Positions 18,345-26,769 of a stretch of 64,000 nucleotides of DNA are shown piece by piece; positions within the stretch are counted from its first letter, which is position 1; each line of letters begins with the position of its first letter. The translations under genes were made by a program, and so were the position numbers. The stretch comes from Acidobacteriota bacterium (GTDB lineage Bacteria; Acidobacteriota; UBA6911). Below the pieces are notes generated by a model. That model saw only the letters and a list, made by a program, of their open reading frames with translations. It was not told the origin of the DNA and ran no database searches. The stretch spans positions 342,264 to 406,263 of the forward strand of contig CBDFLD010000016.1 of the NCBI GenBank assembly GCA_965249005.1, given 5' to 3'.

Positions 18345-20771
18345 TTACACGGCGTCCTGAGAATCATGTTGGCCATCCGGGCGCACACCATACCCATATC
18401 CGTAGCCATACTTTTTCCCGTAGCCGTAGTAGTAGTACTTCGAATAGTAGTAGTAATCCGCCGAGTGAACGTTGACGTCGTTCAGGAGTACGCCGATGAT
18501 GTGGGCATGGACATCCTGGAGGAGTCGCTTCGTTCGCTGCACGGCTTCCTTGGGAGTCTCCCCTCCCTTTACGACCAGGATGACACCGTCTGATTTCGTC
18601 GCCAAAATCCGGGCGTCCGTTACCGACAGAATCGGTGGGGAATCGATCACGATGTGGTCAAAATACTCTTCCAGCAACACGATCCCCTGCTCCATTCGAT
18701 GAGAGCCGGCCAGTTCGGCCGGGTTCGGAGGAATCCGGCCCGTAGTCACTGCAAAAAGGTTCGGGATATCTGTTTCCTGGATCAGGGAAGACAAGTCTGT
18801 ATTCCCAGAAAGATAACTGCTCATTCCGATGTTGTTTTCGAGGTTCAGGGCTCGATGCAAACGGGGGTTCCTCATGTCGAGGTCGAGAAGTATGACCTTG
18901 TCACCCGTCTGAGCCAGGGTGATCGCAATGTTGATCGCGGTGGTCGTCTTCCCTTCGCCCATTTGGCTAGAGGTTACGAGCAACGACTTGGGTGGTCGCC
19001 CCTTCCCGGAGGAAAGCAGTATTGAAGTCCTCAAGTTCCGATACGCTTCGGAAATCAACGACTTGGTGTCATTGTACGTGATGAGCTCGACCGAGGTCGG
19101 CCGACCCGGGACTTTCTCCTTGTTGTCTTCCGCGGCGTCGCCCTTCGTGCTGTCCGTCAGTAGTTTTTTCTGAGCAGGAGTCATGAAGGAGCTCAGGGCC
19201 GGAATCACCCCCAAAGAAGGTAACTTGATGTGACGGTCCACATCTTCCGGAGTCTTGACGCTACTATCCAAGTACTCGAGAAAGAAGGCTAGGGCCACGC
19301 CAATCAAGACACCAAAAACAAGCGCTATCATCAAATTGCGCGCCTTGTTCGGCTTGATCGCCCCACCCGGTGCTTCAGCCTCGTCCAATACGTGGATATT
19401 ATTCGATCTCAAACCGGCAGAAACGGTTGCCTCTTCTACCCGTTGGACCAAACCATCGTGTATCTCCTTGACAGTATCGGCTTCTCTCTTGAGTATCCCG
19501 TATTGGATGGAGCTCTGATTGATCTTGTTGGTCTCTGTTTTCTGCGCCTGCAAGGAGCGCTTCAGAAGCCCCTCCCGGTTGAGGGCAGTTCGATAAGCGG
19601 TCCCTATCTCCTGGATCGCCTTCTGTGACTCCTCCCTCAGTTGCTGCTCGGCCTCGGCGAGCTGAGACGCGACCTTCGCCAATTCCGGATAGTTGCCCTT
19701 GAAGACTGCCGACAACCGAGCTTTCTCCTGTCTGAGATCTTGCACCTTCAGCTCGGCGTTTCTCATTTCTCCGGTGCGCAGAACATCAGGGAATTGCTCG
19801 GGCGTGGAGTCCTTTACAATCTGCCAGATCGATTCTCTTTGAATTCGATCAGACTGTGCTGCGGTCAACGCGGCGTTCAAGTCTGAAAGCTTCTGCTGGC
19901 TGACGTTCTCTTCACCGCCGATATTGTAGATGTCATTTTCCTTACTGAATCGCAGCAGTTCTTGCTCCGCTTCCTCGACTTTGCTCCGCAACGTTTCAAT
20001 CTGGTCTTGGAGGAAGTCCTTGCTTTGGTTCGTGGACTCCAACTTGGTTTCGAAGTTCATCTCAATGTACTCGCCCGCCAAGGTATTCACTACCTCGGCG
20101 CCAAGTTGTGGGTCGTGATGCTCGAAACTGAGGTCGACGAGTCGGGTGTTCTTGACCGGGGCCACCGTTAGGTTGGCGACGAGGTATCCGGCCAAGCGAG
20201 AGTATTTCGAGGCATCCCGATCATCGCCCCGTTCCCCCCCGTCTTCCTGCAATTCGCCCAGCAAAGGAACCTGAGCCCCCATGCCGCGCACCCAGCTCAA
20301 CACTCTACTCGTTACGGTCGGATCCTCCGTCAACAAGAAGCGAGGGTCTTCCTCCAGGTTCATGGCAACGATAACCCTATCTGCGAGAGTCTGCGACTCG
20401 AGGATCTTGAATTGAGTCTGCAAGTACTCTTGGCTCTTGGCATAGACGGAGTATGGGTCGTAGGTATTCTGAAAAGGCAGGACATTCGATTGCTCGGCGT
20501 CTATTTGCAACCTCAGGGTCGCCTGGTAGATGGGAGTGGCTTTCCACGACGAGATGACCGACAAGCACGTCGCGGTGAAAACGATGGCCAACACAGTCCA
20601 ACGACGCTTCAAAAGCACACGCCAGTAATCGAGGATATGGATCCGATCGTCCTCTTCCTGTTCGATTTGTTCGTAAAGGTTCGGAGCGTGAGACTGGTAC
20701 TGGACCTCAGGAAGCTGCGATAGCTCGCTTGACCGGACTAGCTTGTTCGGCTCAATGTTGTTCTTGTCCAT
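18345..20771 (-). CDS. wzc: Wzc-like polysaccharide co-polymerase tyrosine autokinase (PCP-2a)
   Basis: 808 aa. It has an N-terminal transmembrane helix, a periplasmic coiled-coil domain and a second transmembrane helix. The Walker A motif is GEGKTTTAINIAITLA, and the C-terminal tyrosine cluster is ADYYYYSKYYYYGYGKKYGYGYGYG. Confidence 0.9.
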   Translation of the reverse strand: MDKNNIEPNKLVRSSELSQLPEVQYQSHAPNLYEQIEQEEDDRIHILDYWRVLLKRRWTVLAIVFTATCLSVISSWKATPIYQATLRLQIDAEQSNVLPFQNTYDPYSVYAKSQEYLQTQFKILESQTLADRVIVAMNLEEDPRFLLTEDPTVTSRVLSWVRGMGAQVPLLGELQEDGGERGDDRDASKYSRLAGYLVANLTVAPVKNTRLVDLSFEHHDPQLGAEVVNTLAGEYIEMNFETKLESTNQSKDFLQDQIETLRSKVEEAEQELLRFSKENDIYNIGGEENVSQQKLSDLNAALTAAQSDRIQRESIWQIVKDSTPEQFPDVLRTGEMRNAELKVQDLRQEKARLSAVFKGNYPELAKVASQLAEAEQQLREESQKAIQEIGTAYRTALNREGLLKRSLQAQKTETNKINQSSIQYGILKREADTVKEIHDGLVQRVEEATVSAGLRSNNIHVLDEAEAPGGAIKPNKARNLMIALVFGVLIGVALAFFLEYLDSSVKTPEDVDRHIKLPSLGVIPALSSFMTPAQKKLLTDSTKGDAAEDNKEKVPGRPTSVELITYNDTKSLISEAYRNLRTSILLSSGKGRPPKSLLVTSSQMGEGKTTTAINIAITLAQTGDKVILLDLDMRNPRLHRALNLENNIGMSSYLSGNTDLSSLIQETDIPNLFAVTTGRIPPNPAELAGSHRMEQGIVLLEEYFDHIVIDSPPILSVTDARILATKSDGVILVVKGGETPKEAVQRTKRLLQDVHAHIIGVLLNDVNVHSADYYYYSKYYYYGYGKKYGYGYGYGVRPDGQHDSQDAV

Positions 20772-21139
20772 TGTTTCTCATTAGGTTGAGGAAGCTCTGC
20801 GAACCGGCTACCTGGATCGGGAACCGACGCGGTGAAAAAGAATCGGCAAGTTGGGCCGGACCCCGATTGATCCAGTTCCCAGCAGTTGTTATCGGCAGCA
20901 AGATGGATCCTTACAGGTTTCTTCTCATCATTTCTGGGGCGATCCGTCACGCGCGTCCTCGAGGGTTCCTTCCGCAAGCCCCGCATCACCGCAGAATTTT
21001 TGTACGAGAAAGCTACCCGTTCATTCTCTAAATAAAAGAGAAAAAAGGATATCGTCACACTTCCGTCCAGCCTCGAACAGTTCCGAATCTGCCGAGCACC
21101 GTCAAGGACACTCATCACAATATGAATAAAATGAATTCT

Positions 21140-21735
21140 AGTGAATTACCCTCGCCTGAAGGCGAGGGCTTCGGTCGTCGGCTGAAGCCGACTAAAGGCC
21201 TCGCCTCATAGAATGGCCTATTCCGTTATCTTAAAGTCCCGGTCCTCCTGGGGCTCGACACCTTGTTGCTCAATGTACTGCTTGATCACTTCGTCCGTCA
21301 CATTTCCTGTCGTACACACAAAGTACCCTCGTGCCCACAGGTGCCGGCCCCAGAACTCCCTTTGCACCGACCTATATTCCCTCATTAGATGGTGACTGCT
21401 CTTCCCCTTCACGGCCTGCATGATTCGGCTCGGCGACACCTGCGGCGGCATGCTCAACATCAAGTGCACATGATCTGGACTCACATTCCCTTTCACAATC
21501 ACCACATCCTCAGATGCACAGATCTCTCGGATCAGCTCTCTTGTCCTTCTGGCTATGTCCCCCTTCAGGACCGGCTTGCGGTACTTCGTGATAAACACAA
21601 AGTGATATTGCAGCTCATAGACTGTGTGCGATCCTTTCCGGTATCTCGGCATGCATCATTGTACCGCAAGCCTCCTAAAGGCTTCGCCTGAAGGCGAGGG
21701 ATTTCACCCATCCCCGAGTGGGACATTAAAAATAT
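21140..21735 (-). mobile_element. IS200/IS605-family insertion sequence, tnpA only, with subterminal hairpins
   Basis: The tnpA ORF is flanked by perfect hairpins: ccctcgcc-tgaa-ggcgaggg (21148-21167) and gtcggc-tgaa-gccgac (21176-21191) on one side, and tcgcc-tgaa-ggcga (21684-21697) on the other. A near-identical direct motif ctaaaggcYtcgcct sits at both ends (21191-21205 and 21675-21689). Confidence 0.75.
21218..21652 (-). CDS. tnpA: IS200/IS605-family Y1 (HUH) transposase TnpA
   Basis: 144 aa. The sequence MPRYRKGSHTVYELQYHFVFITKYRKPVL...SPDHVHLMLSMPP carries the HuH motif (HVHLM) and the catalytic Y near the C-terminus (YIEQQ). Confidence 0.9.
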   Translation of the reverse strand: MPRYRKGSHTVYELQYHFVFITKYRKPVLKGDIARRTRELIREICASEDVVIVKGNVSPDHVHLMLSMPPQVSPSRIMQAVKGKSSHHLMREYRSVQREFWGRHLWARGYFVCTTGNVTDEVIKQYIEQQGVEPQEDRDFKITE

Positions 21736-21845
21736 GTTATCTATGTTTTAATCCTGCAAGCATTCTGGTCCGATTCTTGTTCATAGACCCGTAAAGGCGG
21801 GTTACCGAGCGGCCTGCTGGCCCACAGTATCCTGCGCAAGTCGTC

Positions 21846-22718
21846 ATGCGATTATTCACTGCCGTTACATTCATTCTTCTAAACTTGGCCCCGTCTACCG
21901 GCAAGGTGGTTCTGAAGACCGGTATCGAAGGTGTCCGTTTCTCTCTCGACGGGACTTTCGTATCGACGACCGATGCCGAGGGCAAACTCGTGATGGAGGG
22001 TTTTCCGTCTGGCAGATTCAACTACGCGCTCGAGAAGTCCGGCTTTCGGCCAATTCAGGGGACCTTCGATGTTTCGGTCGACCAAGCAAGCATCATTGAA
22101 GTAAAGATGGTGGCACGGGTCTCGGCACCAAGCGAGAGCAAAGAGAAACCGCGACCGACACCGCGGGCATCTTTGACTTCCCCCAAGGCACACTCCGATC
22201 CCCACCAGACGGCAGACGGCTCGTCTTTGCGACCGGTTCCGGATAACACAAATCTTGCAAATCTTGCAAATCTTGCGGATGTTGGGGATGTCGCGGAAGC
22301 GGTGCATCCCATTGAGGCGCGTCCCTCTTCGGGGGCTCCCAACGTCATCGAACCTACGGAGCAACCTTCCAGCGTGGCCGGGATCTTGCTAGGGCTCCTG
22401 GGGGTGCTCTCACTTGCTGCATTCTTGATTTGGACGCAACGGCAAAAGGCGTCTCATTCTGGTCAGAGAATCGAGCGACTTGCGGCCGCGGTAGATCCGC
22501 TCTCGATTTGTCCGGAGCCGTCGACGGAAGACAAACTCGTTCCGGTCAAAGAAAGACCGGAATTCATTGATCAGATCCGCCGCCGTGAAGAACTCATCAA
22601 GGCCGGATTCGTCGGCGATCAGACCAAGAGCTTTGATCGCGACGAGGCGGCCGAGAGAGAGAAAGAAATCGTGATTGTGCTGCCGAAGGAAGCCTATAGA
22701 TACGAAGAAGAGCTTTAG
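21846..22718 (+). CDS. hypothetical single-pass membrane protein with an N-terminal PEGA-like beta-sandwich domain
   Basis: It has a signal/anchor (MRLFTAVTFILLNLAPSTG). GIEGVRFSLDGTFVSTTDAEGKLVMEGFPSGRFNYALEKSGF fits a PEGA domain. A Pro/Ser-rich linker follows, then a transmembrane helix (VAGILLGLLGVLSLAAFLIW) and a charged cytoplasmic tail. It contains a 9-bp x3 repeat. Confidence 0.45.
   Translation: MRLFTAVTFILLNLAPSTGKVVLKTGIEGVRFSLDGTFVSTTDAEGKLVMEGFPSGRFNYALEKSGFRPIQGTFDVSVDQASIIEVKMVARVSAPSESKEKPRPTPRASLTSPKAHSDPHQTADGSSLRPVPDNTNLANLANLADVGDVAEAVHPIEARPSSGAPNVIEPTEQPSSVAGILLGLLGVLSLAAFLIWTQRQKASHSGQRIERLAAAVDPLSICPEPSTEDKLVPVKERPEFIDQIRRREELIKAGFVGDQTKSFDRDEAAEREKEIVIVLPKEAYRYEEEL
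22251..22277 (+). repeat. 9-bp tandem repeat x3 (aatcttgca) encoding NLANLANLA
   Basis: Direct reading gives aatcttgca aatcttgca aatcttgcg. Confidence 0.8.
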
Positions 22719-22890
22719 GCCGTGCTGGAACACGAAAATGCCTTGGTCGGGCCCAGTTGCCCGCGGACCGTCAATCCACGCAAAAAGGTTGATCCTGGAA
22801 CTCCGAGCCGAAGATCTGGACGAGCCGCAAAAGGAAACGTCATCGAATTTGCGTGAAAAAGTAATGTAACTTTCTAAAAAAAGGCACGAT

Positions 22891-23430
22891 ATGTTCTCCG
22901 GAGATTGGCGCCCCGGCAGTTTTGCTAGAGTCCCCACCAATCTCGTGGATACAGAAGTCCTCATCCGGGGCATGGGACCTCCCAAAATGGACCCTCGAAT
23001 GGTAGACGGACTGCTTCGCTTCATAGAGCTGGAGAATCAGGACAAGAAACTCTTGTGCTGCTCGTATGCCATGGTCGCCGCGGTTCGCTTGGCGTTGTGG
23101 TTGCTACCGTTTCGCACGACCCGGGCACTTCTGGACCGCATCCCCCGAAAACGGGAAGACCGGGCAGTCGCGCCCGAAAGACTGAGCTGGGCTGTCCGGA
23201 CATCAAGCCGTCGAGTATTGGGGGCGTCTTGCCTGACCCAGGCTCTTGCACTTCTCGTACTTTTGTCGCGCCAAGGACAGGTAGCACAGCTACGCTTTGG
23301 CGTCTGCCAGGACAGGACTCAAGGTTTTCGGGCTCACGCTTGGCTGATACTCAAGGGGAAGATCTTGATCGGGGAGGAACTCCTGGATCAATACACACCC
23401 ATCCGCATGCTGGGGAGTGAAGTCCGATGA
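22891..23430 (+). CDS. lasso peptide biosynthesis B2 protein (transglutaminase-like Cys protease, leader peptidase)
   Basis: 179 aa. The Cys...His...Asp arrangement CCSYAMVAAVRLAL...GVCQDRTQGFRAHAWLILKGKIL matches the McjB C-terminal/Transglut_core3 consensus (C..SLAL...L...G....L.IGV......F.AHAWVE..G). Confidence 0.85.
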   Translation: MFSGDWRPGSFARVPTNLVDTEVLIRGMGPPKMDPRMVDGLLRFIELENQDKKLLCCSYAMVAAVRLALWLLPFRTTRALLDRIPRKREDRAVAPERLSWAVRTSSRRVLGASCLTQALALLVLLSRQGQVAQLRFGVCQDRTQGFRAHAWLILKGKILIGEELLDQYTPIRMLGSEVR

Positions 23431-25289
23431 GCGGGATCGCCGGTGTCTTGTCCATGGACGAACCGTCGGTCGACCCCGGCATCGTTGCGGTCATGCTGGA
23501 GAGACTCGCGCGCAGGGGGCCTGACGGCCAAGGGCTCTGGACACAAGGCTCACTGTCGCTCGGGCACCGCATGCTAAAGGTAACTCCGGAATCGATGAAC
23601 GAGCATCTTCCATTGGTCAAAGACGAGATCGTTCTTACCTGCGACGCACGAATCGACAACCGCATCGAGTTGATCCGCGGGCTAAGGCTCCGCTCGGCGC
23701 CTGCCGACAGCGAGCTGATTCTGAGAGCCTATCAGGAGTGGGGAGTTCGTTGCCCAGAGAAGCTCCGGGGAGACTTTGCGTTTGCACTCTGGGACATAAA
23801 GAAGAGATGTTTCTTCGCCGCGCGAGATCGGATTGGGATAAAGCCCCTGTACTACGTATTGAATTCGAAGACCTTCGGCGTGGCCTCCGAAATATCCCCT
23901 TTGTTCGAAATCCCGAACGTTGCAAAAAGGCCCGACGTGGATTCTCTGAACGAATTCCTGGACCTCACGGTTGTGCCGGCGGACCGGACGCTCTATGACG
24001 GATTACGCCGGCTTCCGCCCGGACATACTCTGGTCCTGCAAGGCGGTCGAATGAGGCTGGATCGCTACTGGGCGCCAAATCCTCAGCTGGAGATGCGCCA
24101 GCCCAGCCTGTCGCAACATGCGGAGGAGTTTCGCGATCTCTTCTCAGAGGCAGTTGCGGCACAGATGCGAACATCGTCTGGGGTGGGGTGTCTGCTGAGC
24201 GGAGGTCTCGATTCATCCTCTGTTCTTTGCGTGGCAGCGGATGCGGCACCGGCTTCCGAGGCGCCGGCCGCATTCTCGATGATCTTCGATTCACTCGGCT
24301 GCGACGAGCGGGAGTTCATCCAAGAGGTGACGCGAAAGACCGACGTTCCGAGCTATGCGGCCGCCGTGGACGGGGCCGAGTCGTCGACGCTGCTCCAGAA
24401 ATACTCCTCGATGTGTCCGGACTGGCCTGTTCGCGGATTCTGCCCTACCGCTATCTGGCCGTTGATGGAACTTGCGCGCAAGGGTGGAACACGCGTCATG
24501 CTCACGGGACACGGCGGGGATCATGTCGCGGAAGGCAACCTGTCATCCCTGACGGATCTCATGAGGACAGGTCACGTGTCGGAGCTCTTGAGACAATTGC
24601 AGCCCTTTCGCTACGCACCCTCAGTGTGGATGGAATTCGTCATCAAACCGCTTCTGCCAAGGAGCTTCAAGAACCTGGCTCGGTGGCTGCTTCGCGCCGA
24701 AACAACCACCCTGCGCCAAAGCACCCTGCGTGAAAGCACCCTGCGCCAAAGCACCCTGCGCCAAAGCACCCTGCGCAAAAGATCGAATAGAGCGTTAGAG
24801 GGAGAGCGATCCGATCCATGGACACGGAACGGGAGCCACTTTGCGCACCAAGAGGCCCTGGCCCTGTTGTCGCCGAGTACGAGCCTGTGGCTCGATGGTT
24901 ATTGGGATGTTCTGGGCAGCCTATTTGGGATGGAGTTCCGGCACCCCTTTTTCGACTCTCGACTCATCGAGTACCTCCTGACGATTCCTCCGCAAGAGAA
25001 ACTCTGGGGAGGACAGACCAAGGTCCTCTTGCGAGAAGGAATGGATGGAATTCTCCCCGAACAAGTGCGTAACCGAACCGGAAAAGCGGAATTTTCACCT
25101 CTCGTAGAACACCAGCTCAAGCGCCTACCGTCACCTGCCATACGATCTCTTCGCCTGGCGCAGGACGGCTTTGTCAACCGAGAAAGACTTGCAACACTCA
25201 ACGGCGGATCGAAGCCTGGCCAGAGCAACAGCATCTCGCTATGGCCGGTTCTGTGTTTGGACGCCTGGTATGAAGCCAACTTCAATTGA
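23427..25289 (+). CDS. lasso peptide cyclase C (asparagine synthetase B homolog, macrolactam synthetase)
   Basis: 620 aa. It has an AsnB-like N-terminal domain but starts MSGIAG, with Ser where the glutaminase nucleophile Cys2 would be. The PP-loop is LLSGGLDSSSV. Its ATGA start overlaps the B2 stop. It contains the coding repeat (STLRQ)x5. Confidence 0.85.
   Translation: MSGIAGVLSMDEPSVDPGIVAVMLERLARRGPDGQGLWTQGSLSLGHRMLKVTPESMNEHLPLVKDEIVLTCDARIDNRIELIRGLRLRSAPADSELILRAYQEWGVRCPEKLRGDFAFALWDIKKRCFFAARDRIGIKPLYYVLNSKTFGVASEISPLFEIPNVAKRPDVDSLNEFLDLTVVPADRTLYDGLRRLPPGHTLVLQGGRMRLDRYWAPNPQLEMRQPSLSQHAEEFRDLFSEAVAAQMRTSSGVGCLLSGGLDSSSVLCVAADAAPASEAPAAFSMIFDSLGCDEREFIQEVTRKTDVPSYAAAVDGAESSTLLQKYSSMCPDWPVRGFCPTAIWPLMELARKGGTRVMLTGHGGDHVAEGNLSSLTDLMRTGHVSELLRQLQPFRYAPSVWMEFVIKPLLPRSFKNLARWLLRAETTTLRQSTLRESTLRQSTLRQSTLRKRSNRALEGERSDPWTRNGSHFAHQEALALLSPSTSLWLDGYWDVLGSLFGMEFRHPFFDSRLIEYLLTIPPQEKLWGGQTKVLLREGMDGILPEQVRNRTGKAEFSPLVEHQLKRLPSPAIRSLRLAQDGFVNRERLATLNGGSKPGQSNSISLWPVLCLDAWYEANFN
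24707..24781 (+). repeat. 15-bp tandem repeat x5 (caccctgcgccaaag) inside the cyclase gene, encoding TLRQSTLRESTLRQSTLRQSTLRK
   Basis: There are five consecutive 15-mers with 0-2 mismatches each. The repeat is in frame. Confidence 0.85.
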
Positions 25290-25308
25290 AACAAGGAGCG
25301 AATCACCC

Positions 25309-25488
25309 ATGGAAAAGCAAAACCCTAAGGATATTACGGTAGAGGAACAAGAAAAGACCAGTCCGTCTCAGCAGAAGGAATACACGACTCCACAGCTGAC
25401 AGAATACGGAAAAGTCGCCCAGGTCACCGGTGGACGTCCGGGCACGACGCGTGACTTCGGCGGGACTTCTCCAGCCTTCCCCGGATAG
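25309..25488 (+). CDS. lasso peptide precursor (A): a 41-aa leader plus the 18-aa core GRPGTTRDFGGTSPAFPG
   Basis: 59 aa: MEKQNPKDITVEEQEKTSPSQQKEYTTPQLTEYGKVAQVTG|GRPGTTRDFGGTSPAFPG. The RBS aaggag lies 10 nt upstream. The leader matches the YxxPxLx3Gx5TxG consensus exactly (Y25, P28, L30, G34, T40 at position -2). The core begins with Gly1 and has Asp8 as the ring acceptor, followed by bulky Phe9 and Phe16 as candidate plug residues. Confidence 0.85.
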   Translation: MEKQNPKDITVEEQEKTSPSQQKEYTTPQLTEYGKVAQVTGGRPGTTRDFGGTSPAFPG

Positions 25489-25507
25489 CGCCGGAGTTTG
25501 CCGACAC

Positions 25508-26410
25508 GTGATCGCAAAGCTAATCCGGAAAAAACGCCAGGCGTACTGGGCCTCGCTTGAGAGTGATCTGCCCCTAGGAACCCTTCCCGTTGGAGCCTCT
25601 GATCTGAGCACAACGGTCCGGATCCGAAGAACGGAGCACTCCAGACCGGCCCAAGGCACATTGGACCGCATGGAATGCTTCGTACAAGGGAGGCACCTCC
25701 TCGCCACGGGAAAGAGCGATCGCTGTCTCACAATCGATGGCGTCGGAGAGTTCTTTCTCGGCCAGGGTATGCAAGAGATCCAGTACCGTCACTTCCCGGG
25801 CGGCACCTCCAAGTTGATCGGCTACTGGCTTCTCCACTCCGTTCTACCCTTCCACCTTTTCTCCCAACGTAGTTTGGAGTTTCTTCATGCCAGCGCGGTT
25901 GCGATCGGAAGATTGTCGGCGGCATTCTTGGCGCCCTCTCATGGTGGGAAGTCCACACTTGCGGAGTACTTCGTGCGGAGGGGCCACCCACTAATCACTG
26001 ATGACAAGCTGGGAATACTGCAGTCCAACGGACAGTACCTGGCTGTGCCGGGAGTTCCCTTTCTTCGTCCCTATCGGAGATCCGAGGACCTGGGGTATCG
26101 CATCGAGAACTTTGCACGGGAGCCTCTTCCGCTTGGAACCTTGTACGTACTCCAAGCCAAGGATCCCGAAGCTCCGATCAAGATCAGGGAACATTCCCCT
26201 GCCGAGGCATCATGGGCCTTGACACAAAACTGGGAGTTTCGAATCGCGTCTAGAATCAAGGAGCGTTTCGAATACTTCGCCGACCTGGTGGCATGCACAA
26301 GGGTATGCAGCATCGAAATCCCGCGAGACCCAGCCCGGTTGCCCCAAGTCTACACCGCCGTTTGCCAAGACCTGGACGGATTGAAACAGCCTTCTGCTCA
26401 AGCCATCTGA
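25508..26410 (+). CDS. HPr kinase/phosphorylase C-terminal-domain homolog (lasso-peptide Ser/Thr kinase, PadeK-like)
   Basis: HASAVAIGRLSAAFLAPSHGGKSTLAEYFVRRGHPLITDDKLGIL matches the HprK P-loop block (H.gv.v.G.gvLI.G.SG.GKSetAleLv.RGHrLvaDD). A GTG start at 25508 follows a GGAG; the alternative ATG start is at 25670. Confidence 0.75.
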   Translation: MIAKLIRKKRQAYWASLESDLPLGTLPVGASDLSTTVRIRRTEHSRPAQGTLDRMECFVQGRHLLATGKSDRCLTIDGVGEFFLGQGMQEIQYRHFPGGTSKLIGYWLLHSVLPFHLFSQRSLEFLHASAVAIGRLSAAFLAPSHGGKSTLAEYFVRRGHPLITDDKLGILQSNGQYLAVPGVPFLRPYRRSEDLGYRIENFAREPLPLGTLYVLQAKDPEAPIKIREHSPAEASWALTQNWEFRIASRIKERFEYFADLVACTRVCSIEIPRDPARLPQVYTAVCQDLDGLKQPSAQAI

Positions 26411-26465
26411 GCTCATTTCGTCCAAGAAGGGAATCCTTTACCGTCCACTCTGAACAGGAGCTGCA

Positions 26466-26765
26466 ATGTCACCGAATCTCGAATCCAGAGTTGAAATCGC
26501 ACCGGAGATTGTCTACCAAAAAGTCGGCGAGGAAACCGTATTCCTGAACCTTCACACCGGCTTCTACTACGGTCTCGACTCAGTAGGAAGTCGCTTCTGG
26601 GAATTGCTGTCGGATCAGAGGGCTCCGATGCTGAGCGAGGTTCTCGAGGCAATCACCCGAGAATATGATGCTCCCACCGACAGGATCCAGATGGACATTC
26701 TGGAACTGGTGGAAAACCTTCATGCCAAAGGGCTGGTCACGCTGCCGACAGAGGCCGACTCGTAA
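26466..26765 (+). CDS. lasso peptide biosynthesis B1 protein (PqqD-family RRE, leader-binding)
   Basis: 99 aa. EIVYQKVGEETVFLNLHTGFYYGLDSVGSRFWELLSDQ...EVLEAITREYDAPTDRIQMDILELVENLHAKGLV is a canonical PqqD fold signature. The RBS is aggag. Confidence 0.85.
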   Translation: MSPNLESRVEIAPEIVYQKVGEETVFLNLHTGFYYGLDSVGSRFWELLSDQRAPMLSEVLEAITREYDAPTDRIQMDILELVENLHAKGLVTLPTEADS

Positions 26766-26769
26766 ACAA

